A stretch of 64,000 nucleotides of DNA from contig CAVQXP010000004.1 in NCBI GenBank assembly GCA_963717935.1, positions 1,856,001 to 1,920,000 of the forward strand, given 5' to 3'. The position numbers and the translations under genes are program-made. The notes beneath the pieces were generated by a model. The model was not told where the DNA came from and searched no databases. It saw only the letters and a list, made by a program, of their open reading frames with translations. This document shows positions 40,623 through 49,631 of this stretch, in pieces (position 1 is the stretch's first letter; the number at the start of each line of letters is the position of its first letter). Origin of the DNA: Candidatus Eiseniibacteriota bacterium (GTDB lineage Bacteria; Eisenbacteria; RBG-16-71-46).

Positions 40623-42512
40623 ATGGCCTTCGGTCTGGTGCAGGCTGTGCTGGATTCGCACGGGCTCGGGAGCGGGGGCCCGGAGCGTGGCCCGGATGCG
40701 GGAACGCGGCTCGTCGATCAGGTGCTGCTCGGCAGTGAACAGGCACCCCTCGTGGTCGCACTCCTGAGGCGCTCGGGCGTCGAGTCCGTGTGCGTGAGCC
40801 CCGCCCTGGTGGATCCCGGGTGTGGTGGGAACGGAGGGGAGGACGAGGCCGCGGGCGATTGGCGCCGCGCCGCGCTCGGACTCGGCCTGCTGCTTCCGCG
40901 GCCCGGGCACGGCGACATGAGGGTGCTCCACCGGGAACGGCTGGCGGCGCCGGGGCGCCTGGCGCTGTGCGCGGGACGGCTCGCGGACTGCGGAGCGCTG
41001 GGCATGCTGGCGGTGGAGACGGACGCGCTGGTCGCGGCGGCCGTGCTGGCGGGGGGGCCGTTCGCCCCGGGGGCGCCCCGGGTGCTCGGCGTGGAGCTTG
41101 CGGGGGCGTTGGCGCCTGCGGCGGGAGGTGTGGATCTCGCGCTGGCGTTGCTGTCGCGGTTGCGCGAAGTGAGTGAAGCGGTGGAGGTGCTCGAGTTCGG
41201 GGGGGCCGGAGTGGGGACGCTGGCGATGACGGAGCGGATGAGCGCTGCCTGGCTCCTGGGGGAGGCCGGGTTGCTGGCGATGTTCCCGTCGGACGACGTG
41301 ACCCGGGCGGAGCTGGCTGCGCTGGGGCGCGATCAGGACTGGCGCCGCCTCGATGCGACCGGCGAGGGCGATGGCGCGGTGTGGCGCGTGGACCTCGAGA
41401 GTCTCGATCCGCTGGTCGCCCCGATGGAGGAGCTCTGGGGTTCGCGCCGCGCGAGCGCGTTCGCGGGGACTCCGGTCGAGCGCGTGCTGGTGGGGCCGGC
41501 CGCCACGCTCGCCGATCTCGCGCGGCTTGGCGCGCGGTTCGAGGGCCAGCGCGTGCACGAGCGCGTCGAGTGCACGGTCGTGGTGGGGAGCCGCACCGTG
41601 CTCGACCGTGTCGCGGCGTCGGGTGTCGCGCAGCAGTTGACCGTCGCCGGCGTGCGCGTTACGGAGGGACAGGTGGCGGCCCACGCCGCGGGTTCGGGCA
41701 CCGGGCTGTGCTTTGGCGTGCCGCGGGAGGCCGTGGCGTCCGGTCGCGCGCGCTGGCTGGTGGCGGGCGTGGAATGCTGCGCGGCCGCGGCGCTGGCGGG
41801 GACCGTGACGCGACCCGGGCGCGACGGCGAGCCGGTGGTCCTCGAAACAGGGGACGGGCTCGACACGGATCCGTGGATGTCCGGAGGCGCGGGACGGCAA
41901 GCGCCGGCGCCGGCCGCGGAGCAGCCGGGGCGCGGGGCGCCGCCCGCTCCGCGCGGTCCGTTCCGTGGCGAAGTGCTCGCGGTGTTGGGCGACGAGTTGG
42001 AGTGCGCACGGTTGCTCGCTCCGGGCGCGCGCCTCGAGGGTCTGCGCGGCCGGCTGCGCTCGCTCGCGGGGCAACTGCTGGCGGGCATCGATCCGGGCTT
42101 CCCGGAACGTGCCCGTGAGCGGGGTGGGGGCTTCGTGGTGGCGGGGACGGGGTTCGCCCGCGGGGAGCCGTGTGCGGCCGTGGCTCTCTGCCTGGCTGAA
42201 TCGTCCGTCCGGGCCGTGCTGGCGCGTTCGTACGCGCCCGGGGCGGCGCAGACGCTGGTGAACGCGGGGGTGATGCCGTTGCTGCTGACGCAGGAGGGGA
42301 TGCCGGGGCCGCTCGAGCGTGGCGATGAAGTCGAACTGCCGGGGCTGCCGGGGACGCTCGTGCCGGCGCACCCGCTCACGGCCAGGAACCTGACGCGCGG
42401 CACGCACGTCACGCTGGGGCACGACTTGTCGGAACGGGCGATCGCAGTGCTGCGCGCAGGCGGGCTCCTGCCGTTCGTCACTGGCCGCGCGTGGAGCGCG
42501 GGGAGGCACTGA
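40623..42512 (+). CDS. Aconitase-family protein lacking Fe-S ligands and catalytic residues
   Basis: Colinear with ~640-aa aconitases (RPGHG, GALGMLA, LEFGGAGV, TERM, FPSD, AAAALAG, LVNAGVMP, LRAGGLL); uninterrupted 629-aa ORF. Confidence 0.8.
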   Translation: MAFGLVQAVLDSHGLGSGGPERGPDAGTRLVDQVLLGSEQAPLVVALLRRSGVESVCVSPALVDPGCGGNGGEDEAAGDWRRAALGLGLLLPRPGHGDMRVLHRERLAAPGRLALCAGRLADCGALGMLAVETDALVAAAVLAGGPFAPGAPRVLGVELAGALAPAAGGVDLALALLSRLREVSEAVEVLEFGGAGVGTLAMTERMSAAWLLGEAGLLAMFPSDDVTRAELAALGRDQDWRRLDATGEGDGAVWRVDLESLDPLVAPMEELWGSRRASAFAGTPVERVLVGPAATLADLARLGARFEGQRVHERVECTVVVGSRTVLDRVAASGVAQQLTVAGVRVTEGQVAAHAAGSGTGLCFGVPREAVASGRARWLVAGVECCAAAALAGTVTRPGRDGEPVVLETGDGLDTDPWMSGGAGRQAPAPAAEQPGRGAPPAPRGPFRGEVLAVLGDELECARLLAPGARLEGLRGRLRSLAGQLLAGIDPGFPERARERGGGFVVAGTGFARGEPCAAVALCLAESSVRAVLARSYAPGAAQTLVNAGVMPLLLTQEGMPGPLERGDEVELPGLPGTLVPAHPLTARNLTRGTHVTLGHDLSERAIAVLRAGGLLPFVTGRAWSAGRH

Positions 42513-42513
42513 G

Positions 42514-43539
42514 ATGCTCATCGATCAGGCGCGCATCCATGTGCTCTCCGGGCCGGGCGGGGAAGGCTGCGTGAGCTTCCGCAGGGAGAAGTTCGTGCCC
42601 AAGGGCGGGCCGGACGGGGGCGATGGCGGGCGTGGCGGCAGCGTGTTCCTCGAGGTGGACGCGCACGTGCGCACGCTGCTTGACTGCCGTGAACAGCCCC
42701 GGTACCGTGCCGACAGTGGCCGTCACGGCTCGGGCAACAGGCGCTCGGGCAAGGACGGGCGGGATCTCGTGGTGCGCGTGCCCCGGGGGACGGTGGTGCG
42801 GGATCCGGCGACCGGCGAGGTGCTGGTGGATCTGGTTCGCGCCGGGGAGCGCTTCGCGGCCGCACGTGGCGGACGCGGTGGACGCGGCAATGCGCATTTC
42901 GCGACCTCGACGCACCAGGCGCCGCGGCACGCCGAGCCCGGCGGGCCCGGCGAGGAGCGCTGGCTCGAGCTGGAGCTGAAGCTCATCGCCGACGTGGGCT
43001 TCGTGGGCCTGCCGAACGCGGGCAAGTCGACGCTGCTCGCGAGGGTGTCGAAGGCGCGGCCACGCATCGCGCCGTACCCGTTCACCACGCTGGAGCCGCA
43101 CCTGGGGATCGTGGTGCTCGACGACGAGCGCCAGTTCGTTGCTGCGGACCTGCCGGGGCTGATCGCGGGCGCGCACGAGGGCAAGGGGCTCGGCCATCAG
43201 TTCCTGCGCCACATCGAGCGTACGCGGGTGCTGTTGTTCATGGTGGAGGCGGGCGCGGAGGATCCGGCGCGCGACCTCGAGGTCCTCGAGCGGGAGGTGT
43301 CGTTGCACGGTCCGGCGTTGCTGGAGAAGCCCCGGCGCGTGGTGGTCACCAAGGCCGACCTGCTGCCGTCGGAGGACCACGCGGCTGCCTGCGCGAGCCT
43401 CGGACTCCCGGATGCGCGGCTGATCAGCGCGCAGAGTGGCGAGGGGCTGGCCCCGCTGCTCGAGGATCTCTGGGGGCTGATCGCCCCGAGCCTGGCGGCG
43501 GAGGACGCCGCCGCCGCGGACGAGGGCGAAGATGGGTGA
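42514..43539 (+). CDS. obgE: GTPase ObgE
   Basis: SFRREKFVPKGGPDGGDGGRGG, GLPNAGKST, YPFTT, DLPG, TKAD. Confidence 0.96.
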   Translation: MLIDQARIHVLSGPGGEGCVSFRREKFVPKGGPDGGDGGRGGSVFLEVDAHVRTLLDCREQPRYRADSGRHGSGNRRSGKDGRDLVVRVPRGTVVRDPATGEVLVDLVRAGERFAAARGGRGGRGNAHFATSTHQAPRHAEPGGPGEERWLELELKLIADVGFVGLPNAGKSTLLARVSKARPRIAPYPFTTLEPHLGIVVLDDERQFVAADLPGLIAGAHEGKGLGHQFLRHIERTRVLLFMVEAGAEDPARDLEVLEREVSLHGPALLEKPRRVVVTKADLLPSEDHAAACASLGLPDARLISAQSGEGLAPLLEDLWGLIAPSLAAEDAAAADEGEDG

Positions 43540-44263
43540 CCAGAAGCACTCCCCGGGAAAGACCTACGACCCGCTGAACACACGCAGCCTGGCGGCCAAG
43601 CGCGAGTACGTGCGCGGCCTCGAGCAACGCCGCGACACCGAGGCCATGTCGCTGCTGGTCGAGTGCCTGTGCGACGAGTCCTGGTACCTGCGGCAACTGG
43701 CCGAGCAGGCCTTCCTGAACGTCGGCAGCGAAGGGGCCCCGATGCTCCTGCCGCTGCTGGAGGAGGGGCTGTGGTTCACGCGCACCAGCGCCGCCGGCAT
43801 CCTCGGGAAGCTGGGCTACCCGCCCGCCGTGCCGGGCCTGCTGCGCCTCACCGAGGACAAGAACCGCACCGTGGCCGAGGCCGCGTGCGAGGCGCTGCTC
43901 GCCGTCGGCCGCTCGAGCGGCGCGGTGCGGATCGCCCACGTCCTGCACCGCGTGCCGCCCGATGCCCGGCGCCGCCGGCTCGATGATCTCACGGCGCGCG
44001 ACGCGGCCCTGGCCGAGCGCATCCAACGCCTGATGACGAACGATGAGCTCATGGCGGTCGAGGATGCCGAGCTGCTCACGGACGACCACCCGCTGGTGCG
44101 GGCGAGCGAGGAAGGCTTCGAGTGGGAACTGCTCACCAGCCCGTCCGTGCCGAAGGTGCCCGCCGGGCCCGGGCCCCAGTCGGGGCCGCAAGGAACGTCC
44201 TCCCCGCAGTCCCAGGCCGAGCCCCCCGGGCGCACGGAGGATGACGGCGGTCCCACCGCTTGA
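43532..44263 (+). CDS. HEAT-repeat protein
   Basis: LVECLCDESWYLR, WFTRTSAAGILGKLG, LTEDKNRTVAEAACEAL. Confidence 0.75.
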   Translation: MGDQKHSPGKTYDPLNTRSLAAKREYVRGLEQRRDTEAMSLLVECLCDESWYLRQLAEQAFLNVGSEGAPMLLPLLEEGLWFTRTSAAGILGKLGYPPAVPGLLRLTEDKNRTVAEAACEALLAVGRSSGAVRIAHVLHRVPPDARRRRLDDLTARDAALAERIQRLMTNDELMAVEDAELLTDDHPLVRASEEGFEWELLTSPSVPKVPAGPGPQSGPQGTSSPQSQAEPPGRTEDDGGPTA

Positions 44264-45218
44264 AGCGCGGGTGCTCTTCTCACGCTCGCCCGCCGCAGCC
44301 GACCCGGAGTCGGCCTGGCAGGCTGCCGGGTCCGGGGAGCGCGTCGCGGCGGACCGTGCGGCGCGGGCGCTCGAACGATTGGGCGTGCGCGCTCCGCTGG
44401 CCGGCGAGCCCGACTACCCCGCGGCCCTGCGCGATCTTCCCGACGCTCCGCGCGTGCTGTTCGTGCGTGGCGTCCTGCCGGAGCGCGGCCGGTCGGTCGC
44501 CGTGGTCGGTTCGCGGGCAGCCACGCCGTACGGGATGGCGCAGGCGGCGGCCCTGGGTGCGGACCTCGCTCGCCTGGGCTACACCGTGGTGAGCGGTCTG
44601 GCGCGCGGAATCGACGGGGCCGCGCATCGCGGTGCGCTCGAGGCGGGTGGCGCGAGCGTGGCGGTGCTTGCCGGCGGCCTCGACGCGATCACGCCACGGC
44701 ATCACGCCGAGTTGGCCGAGTCGCTGTGCGCGCGTGGTGGGTTGCTGAGCGAGCGGGCGAGCGGGCCGCCGCCGTTCCGCGGGACGTTCCTCGAGCGCAA
44801 CCGGCTCATCGCTGCGCTGTCTGCCGCGACCGTGGTGGTCGAGGCGGCGAGGCGCAGCGGCGCGCTCGCGACGGCGGCCTGCGCGCGCCGGCTCTGCCGG
44901 CCGGTACTCGCCGTGCCCGGTGACGTGGACCGCGAGACGAGCCGTGGCACGCACGCACTGATCCGCGCCGGAGCCGCGCTGTGCGAGAGCGCGGGTGACG
45001 TGCTGAGGGTCCTCGGCGGTGGTCCGCGCCGTGGGGGCGAGGCGCCACCGGAGGCGCGGCTGGGTGCGGTGCTGCGGGCCGAGCCGCGCGGCGCGGCCGA
45101 ACTCGCTGCGGCAGCGGGCCTCGCGGTGGACGAGACGCTCGCGCTGCTGCTGCAGTTCGAGTGGGCGGGCGCGGCCGTAGCGCTGCCGGGACAGCGCTGG
45201 CGGAGGGCCCCATCGTGA
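44241..45218 (+). CDS. dprA: DNA-processing protein A
   Basis: YPAALR, AVVGSR, VSGLARGIDGAAH, ERNRLI, VVEAARRSGAL, AVPG; C-terminal winged helix. Confidence 0.93.
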   Translation: MTAVPPLEARVLFSRSPAAADPESAWQAAGSGERVAADRAARALERLGVRAPLAGEPDYPAALRDLPDAPRVLFVRGVLPERGRSVAVVGSRAATPYGMAQAAALGADLARLGYTVVSGLARGIDGAAHRGALEAGGASVAVLAGGLDAITPRHHAELAESLCARGGLLSERASGPPPFRGTFLERNRLIAALSAATVVVEAARRSGALATAACARRLCRPVLAVPGDVDRETSRGTHALIRAGAALCESAGDVLRVLGGGPRRGGEAPPEARLGAVLRAEPRGAAELAAAAGLAVDETLALLLQFEWAGAAVALPGQRWRRAPS

Positions 45219-46138
45219 GGGCGAGCGACCGGGCGGTCTCGCTGCTGGCCCGCGGCACGCTGGCGGGCCTGCGCGCGCTGTCCTGGGAGAGGGCCCGGGC
45301 CGCGGGTGAGCGCCTGGGCGATGCGGCGCGCGGGCTGGGACTGCGGCGGCGCGTGGCGCAGGAGAACCTCGCGCTCGCCTTCCCGCAGTGGAGCACCACG
45401 GAGCGGGAGCGGGTGCTGCGGGAGCACTATCGCGAGCTGGGACGCGTGGTCGCCGAGTACGCGCACGTCGACCGGCTGGCGCGTGCGCCGCTGGGCGAGG
45501 TGTTCGTGGAGACGGGCGGGATGGAGATGCTCGAGCCGCTGAGGGGCCGCGGCGCGATCCTCCTGAGCGGCCACTACTCCAACTTCGAGCTGATGGGCGC
45601 CATGGTGGCGCGCCTGAACCCGGTGGACTTCCTGGTGAAGCCGCTCGCGAACGCGGGTGTCGAGCGGCTCATCGCCGGACGCCGCGCCGAGGCCGGCGTG
45701 GGCTGCATCCGCACGAGCGAGGGGACGCGGGGCGTCTACCAGGCGCTGGCCGCGGGGCGGTGGGTCGCGATCCTCGCCGACCAGGACGCGCGACGGAGTG
45801 GGCTGTTCGTGCCCTTCTTCGGCAGACCTGCGAGCACGGCCGTGGGACCGGCGCGCATGTCCATCAAGACCGGGGCGCCCATCGTGATGGGGTTCGCGGT
45901 GCGACGGCCCGATGGGCGCTTCGATCTGCAGGTCGAGGGTCCGCTCGAGGTGGCGGAGCCGGAAGCCCCCGACGCGGTGCTGCGGCTCACCGCGCACCAT
46001 GTGGCCGTGCTCGAGGCGCGGGTCCGCGCGCGGCCTGAGCTCTGGTTCTGGCTCCACCGACGGTGGAAGACCCGCCCGCCGTCCGGCGGACCGGGGGGCG
46101 GGTCGGCGGATTCCGCGACGGGAGGCGGGCGAGCATGA
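45215..46138 (+). CDS. lpxL: Lipid A lauroyl/late acyltransferase family
   Basis: GHYSNFE, LADQD, VPFFG, PELWFWLHRRWK. Confidence 0.85.
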   Translation: MRASDRAVSLLARGTLAGLRALSWERARAAGERLGDAARGLGLRRRVAQENLALAFPQWSTTERERVLREHYRELGRVVAEYAHVDRLARAPLGEVFVETGGMEMLEPLRGRGAILLSGHYSNFELMGAMVARLNPVDFLVKPLANAGVERLIAGRRAEAGVGCIRTSEGTRGVYQALAAGRWVAILADQDARRSGLFVPFFGRPASTAVGPARMSIKTGAPIVMGFAVRRPDGRFDLQVEGPLEVAEPEAPDAVLRLTAHHVAVLEARVRARPELWFWLHRRWKTRPPSGGPGGGSADSATGGGRA

Positions 46139-46563
46139 GCAGCGACCGGGGCGAGACCGCATCGCGGTTCGTGGTCCGCGTGCGGTACGCGGACACCGAC
46201 CAGATGGGGATGGCGTATCACGGGAATTACATGCGCTGGTTCGAGGTGGGGCGCACGGAGATGCTCCGCGCGCAGGGCATGAGCTACCGGGAGGTGGAGC
46301 AGGCGGGCTTCCGGATGCCGGTCCTGGAGGTGCGCTGCCGCTATCTGAAGCCGGCGCGCTACGACGACGAGCTGGCGATCGAGACGGTGCTCGCAGACCT
46401 CGGGCGGGCGTCGCTGCGCTTCGAGTACCGCGTCGTGCGCCAGGCGGACGGCGAGTTGCTGGCGCGCGGCATGACGAAGCACTGCTTCCTCGACCCGGCG
46501 GGCCGGCCGGTGCGCCCACCGGCGTTCTTTGCCGATCTGCTGGAGCGGGTGACGCGGCACTGA
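46135..46563 (+). CDS. Acyl-CoA thioesterase (YbgC/4HBT family)
   Basis: RVRYADTDQMGMAYHGNY..WFEVGR, PARYDD. Confidence 0.92.
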   Translation: MSSDRGETASRFVVRVRYADTDQMGMAYHGNYMRWFEVGRTEMLRAQGMSYREVEQAGFRMPVLEVRCRYLKPARYDDELAIETVLADLGRASLRFEYRVVRQADGELLARGMTKHCFLDPAGRPVRPPAFFADLLERVTRH

Positions 46564-46573
46564 GCGGGGGGCG

Positions 46574-46648
46574 GTCAGGGAGCCTGTACATAGTAGGGCC
46601 GAGCAGAGGCACCATGCGCTCGGCCCTACTATGTACAGGCTCCCTGAC
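46574..46648. repeat. Perfect 31-bp inverted repeat with 13-nt spacer (MITE/REP-like or bidirectional terminator)
   Basis: GTCAGGGAGCCTGTACATAGTAGGGCCGAGC ... GCTCGGCCCTACTATGTACAGGCTCCCTGAC. Confidence 0.9.
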
Positions 46649-46685
46649 TACGATGGTGGCAGGCGAGCAGAGGAAACGTGCGCTC

Positions 46686-46746
46686 GGGGAAGCTCGGACA
46701 GGGGAGCCGAGCGCACGGCGGCTCCGCTCCCCTGTCCAAGTTCCCC
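46686..46746 (-). terminator. Long GC hairpin just downstream of DUF3467
   Basis: Core GGACAGGGGAGC(46696-707)/GCTCCCCTGTCC(46726-37), extended by GGGGAA/TTCCCC. Confidence 0.65.
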
Positions 46747-46754
46747 CGACCGGG

Positions 46755-47063
46755 CTAGGACCTGAAGCCGAGCCCCTTGGCGGGATTCTGATCCCCGGGG
46801 AGCTTGATCGCGCCGAACTGCGCTTCGTAATTCTTGAGGTTCTGCTCGAGCGCTCCGAGCAGCGACTTGGCGTGCTGCGGGGTCATGATCACCCGGACGT
46901 GGACGCGCGCCTTGGGGAGTCCAGGGAGGGCGCGCGCGAAGTCGAAGATGACCTCGGAGGGGGAGTGGGCGATGAAGACGAGGTTGGAATAGATGCCCTC
47001 GGCTTCCTTCTCGCCCACCTCGACCTGGAACTGGGGCGGGACCTGGTTTTGGCCATTTTCCAC
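46755..47063 (-). CDS. DUF3467-family small protein
   Basis: EAEGIYSNLVFIAHSPSEVIFDF...RVIMTPQHAK...YEAQFGAI; RBS AGGAG. Confidence 0.9.
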   Translation of the reverse strand: MENGQNQVPPQFQVEVGEKEAEGIYSNLVFIAHSPSEVIFDFARALPGLPKARVHVRVIMTPQHAKSLLGALEQNLKNYEAQFGAIKLPGDQNPAKGLGFRS

Positions 47064-47143
47064 GATGGACTCCTGTTCACACCCAAAAGGCCCGGGACGG
47101 GGTGCCCTGCGAACGCGGGAGGGTCCCGCGAATGGGCTTCTGC

Positions 47144-47172
47144 ACGGTATGAGGAAAGCGCTCTAGCGTCAA
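47144..47172 (-). promoter_or_regulatory. sigma70-like promoter of DUF3467
   Basis: Minus strand TTGACG-N17-TACCGT. Confidence 0.55.
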
Positions 47173-47246
47173 GCGGAAAGCTGAGTTACAGGTTTGCTGC
47201 AGCTCGGAGGAATCCCGCTGCGTGGTGTCAGTGGCGGGGTGGGCGA

Positions 47247-47261
47247 TGGCATGCGCCTTGC
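47247..47261 (+). promoter_or_regulatory. sigma54 promoter upstream of the GAF pseudo-kinase
   Basis: TGGCAT-GCGCC-TTGC, 50 nt before GTG 47312. Confidence 0.7.
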
Positions 47262-47311
47262 GCGGTTCCAGGGTGAGTGTACCCCACCATGCCCCCATCC
47301 GGGAGGTCCAC

Positions 47312-49208
47312 GTGAGTTCTGACGCCTCCTCCGCCTCCTCGGGCAAGCGCCCGGAGGGCCTTGACGACTTCGCCGCGGGCGACCTCGCGAGTGGCTGCGA
47401 AGTGGTGTGCGCCCTGGCAGGGTTGCGCGATCTGGAGACCCTGGAGCGCGGCGCGCTCGCCGCGTCGGTGCATCCGGCCGGGGCCGGCTTCGAGCGGGCG
47501 TGGCTCTTCGTCTGGGATGCGTGCTCGAGCCTGCTGGAGGGCCGTGGGTCCGCCTGTGCCCCGGCGGCGCCGCCGCCCCTTGCCGCCTGGGTCGAGCAAC
47601 ACACTTCGCCGCGCCTCGAGTTGGAGCCGCGCTCGAGGCCGTTGACCCTGAGGCCGGATCAGCTGCGCGGTGTGGTCGGGCAGGCGTGGACCCCGGGAGC
47701 GACGCCGTCCGCCGCCGAGCCGGAAGCCGGCGTGCCGTGGGCGGGAGCGGCGCAGGTCGGGGCGGTGGCGCTGCGCCGGTCTGGGCTCCCGTGGGTGCTC
47801 CTGGTCGGAACGTGGAGCGTGGCCCCCGAACCCGGGCGGCGTGCGGCGCTGGCAGCGATCGCGGGACTCTGCCGACAGGCTGCACGGGCGCTGGATCACG
47901 AGCGCGAGGGCAGACGCCGGGCGCAGCACGCAGGCGCTCTGGCGCAGGCGGCGCGTGCCGTCGGCGCCACGCTCAACCTGGTCGAGGTCCTCCAGCAGTT
48001 GGTGCGCCTCGCCGCGCAAGGCACGGGGGCGCGCGGGGGTGCGCTGTGGGTGGTGGAGCCGGACGGGCTGCGCCTCGCGGTGACGCACGGATCCGCCGGG
48101 GGGAGGGAGCGCACGGGGCGGGCGCTGCAGAGCCTTGCCGAGAGGGTGGTGGAGGAGGGGAGGACGCGCGTGGCGGAGCGGGCGACCGAGGAGCTGTTGC
48201 ATGCGCCCGAGGTGATGGCGGAGGTGGACACCGTGGTGATCTGCCCGCTGAGCGCCTACGGGCAGGTGCTCGGGGCGGTGGCTTGCTACGACCGCCTGTC
48301 CACGCATCGGAGCGACCCTGTGGGTTTCCCGGGCGCGGACGTCGAGTACGTGGCTGCGCTGGCCGACCTTGCGGGGCTCGCGCTCGACCAGGCGGGCCGG
48401 TTCAAGGAGTTGCGCCGGGGTGAGCAGCAGCGCCGCGAGCTGACCGGGCGGCTGCAGCGACAGGAGCGGCTCGCGTGGCTCGGGGAGCTGGCTGGCCGCA
48501 TGGCGCAGGAGACGCGCAACCCGCTGGCATCCATCGGGGCGTTCGCTCGGCGTGCCCAGCGTTCGCTCGCGGAGGACCACCCGGGCCGCGACTACCTCGA
48601 GATCGTCCTGCGCGAGGTGGAGCGACTCGAGCGACTGCTGGCCGAGCAACTCAGCTACGCGCCGTCGAGCGAGGGCGCGCTTCGCCTCGAGAGTCTCAAC
48701 GTGGTGGTGCAGGAGGTGTTGTCGGGGGCCGCCGACGCGCTGGTGCTGCGGCGCGTGCGGCTCGTGAAGAAGCTGGCGGCCGACCTGCCCGCGCTGCTGC
48801 TCGATCGCGAGCGCATCCAGCGCGTGGTCGCGAACGTGCTGGAGAGCGCGCTCGAGGCCGTGGGCGTCGGGGGTCGCATCCGGATCGAGTCGCGTCGCCT
48901 CGGGGCGTCGGTGCTGCTGGAGTTGGCGCACGACGGCGCGCGAGCCCCGGGCGAGGTGCTGGAGCAGGTCTTCGTGCCCTTCGCGAGTCAACGGCCGGGC
49001 GGGCCCGGCGGTGGGTCTGGGGGTCGCGCAGCAGATCGTGCGCGAGCACGGCGGGGAGATCCGCGTACGCGGCGACGGGGAGTGGGGGACGGTCTTCTCC
49101 TTGAGCTTGCCGGTGCGCGAGAACCAGGACCGCCGGCGCGTCGGTGCGGACCGGCGCCGAATCCGCGCGGACCGGCGCTCGCAGCGGTCCGAGGCGAGGC
49201 CGGGTTGA
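47312..49208 (+). CDS. Cytoplasmic GAF-domain histidine-kinase-like protein with degenerate H, N and G1 boxes; frameshift ~49010
   Basis: RBS GGGAGG; GAF (CPLSAYGQVLGAVACYD), ERLAWLGELAGRMAQETRNPL, VFVPF, GLGVAQQIVREHGG. Confidence 0.8.
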
Positions 49209-49232
49209 CCCCCTTGCGGCGGGCGTGATAAT
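49205..49232 (+). promoter_or_regulatory. sigma70-like promoter of the tRNA pair
   Basis: TTGACC-N16-GATAAT. Confidence 0.55.
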
Positions 49233-49293
49233 CGTGACGGGTCTGCAGGGGCTGCCGGTGGCGCCTCCGACCGGTGCGCCCATTGGATCCGGT

Positions 49294-49369
49294 GCGACCC
49301 TAGCTCAGTTGGTAGAGCACGTGACTGAAAATCACGGTGTCCCCAGTTCGATTCTGGGGGGTCGCACCA
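49294..49369 (+). tRNA. tRNA-Phe (GAA)
   Basis: 76 nt cloverleaf GCGACCC...GGGTCGC-ACCA, anticodon loop CT-GAA-AA, TTCGA T-loop. Confidence 0.97.
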
Positions 49370-49425
49370 TACGTATGCGCGGCGGTCGCGGCGTTTCTGC
49401 GCTGGCGGCCGTCGGAGACGCGAGA

Positions 49426-49501
49426 GCCGGTGTAGCTCAGCTGGTAGAGCCTTCGATTCGTAATCGAAAGGTCTGCGGTTCGAATCCGCACACCGGCTCC
49501 A
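49426..49501 (+). tRNA. tRNA-Thr (CGT)
   Basis: 76 nt cloverleaf GCCGGTG...CACCGGC-TCCA, anticodon loop TT-CGT-AA. Confidence 0.97.
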
Positions 49502-49631
49502 TTCCCGGGCCGAACGCGCGCCACGCGCGGCTGGCACATCCCGGGCCGAAGGCGCGGGGGAGACCCTGCCCGCCGGTCCGGCGCAGCGGGGTACGGACCT
49601 CGCAAGGCCGGCCCCGGGAGGGGCCCGGACG

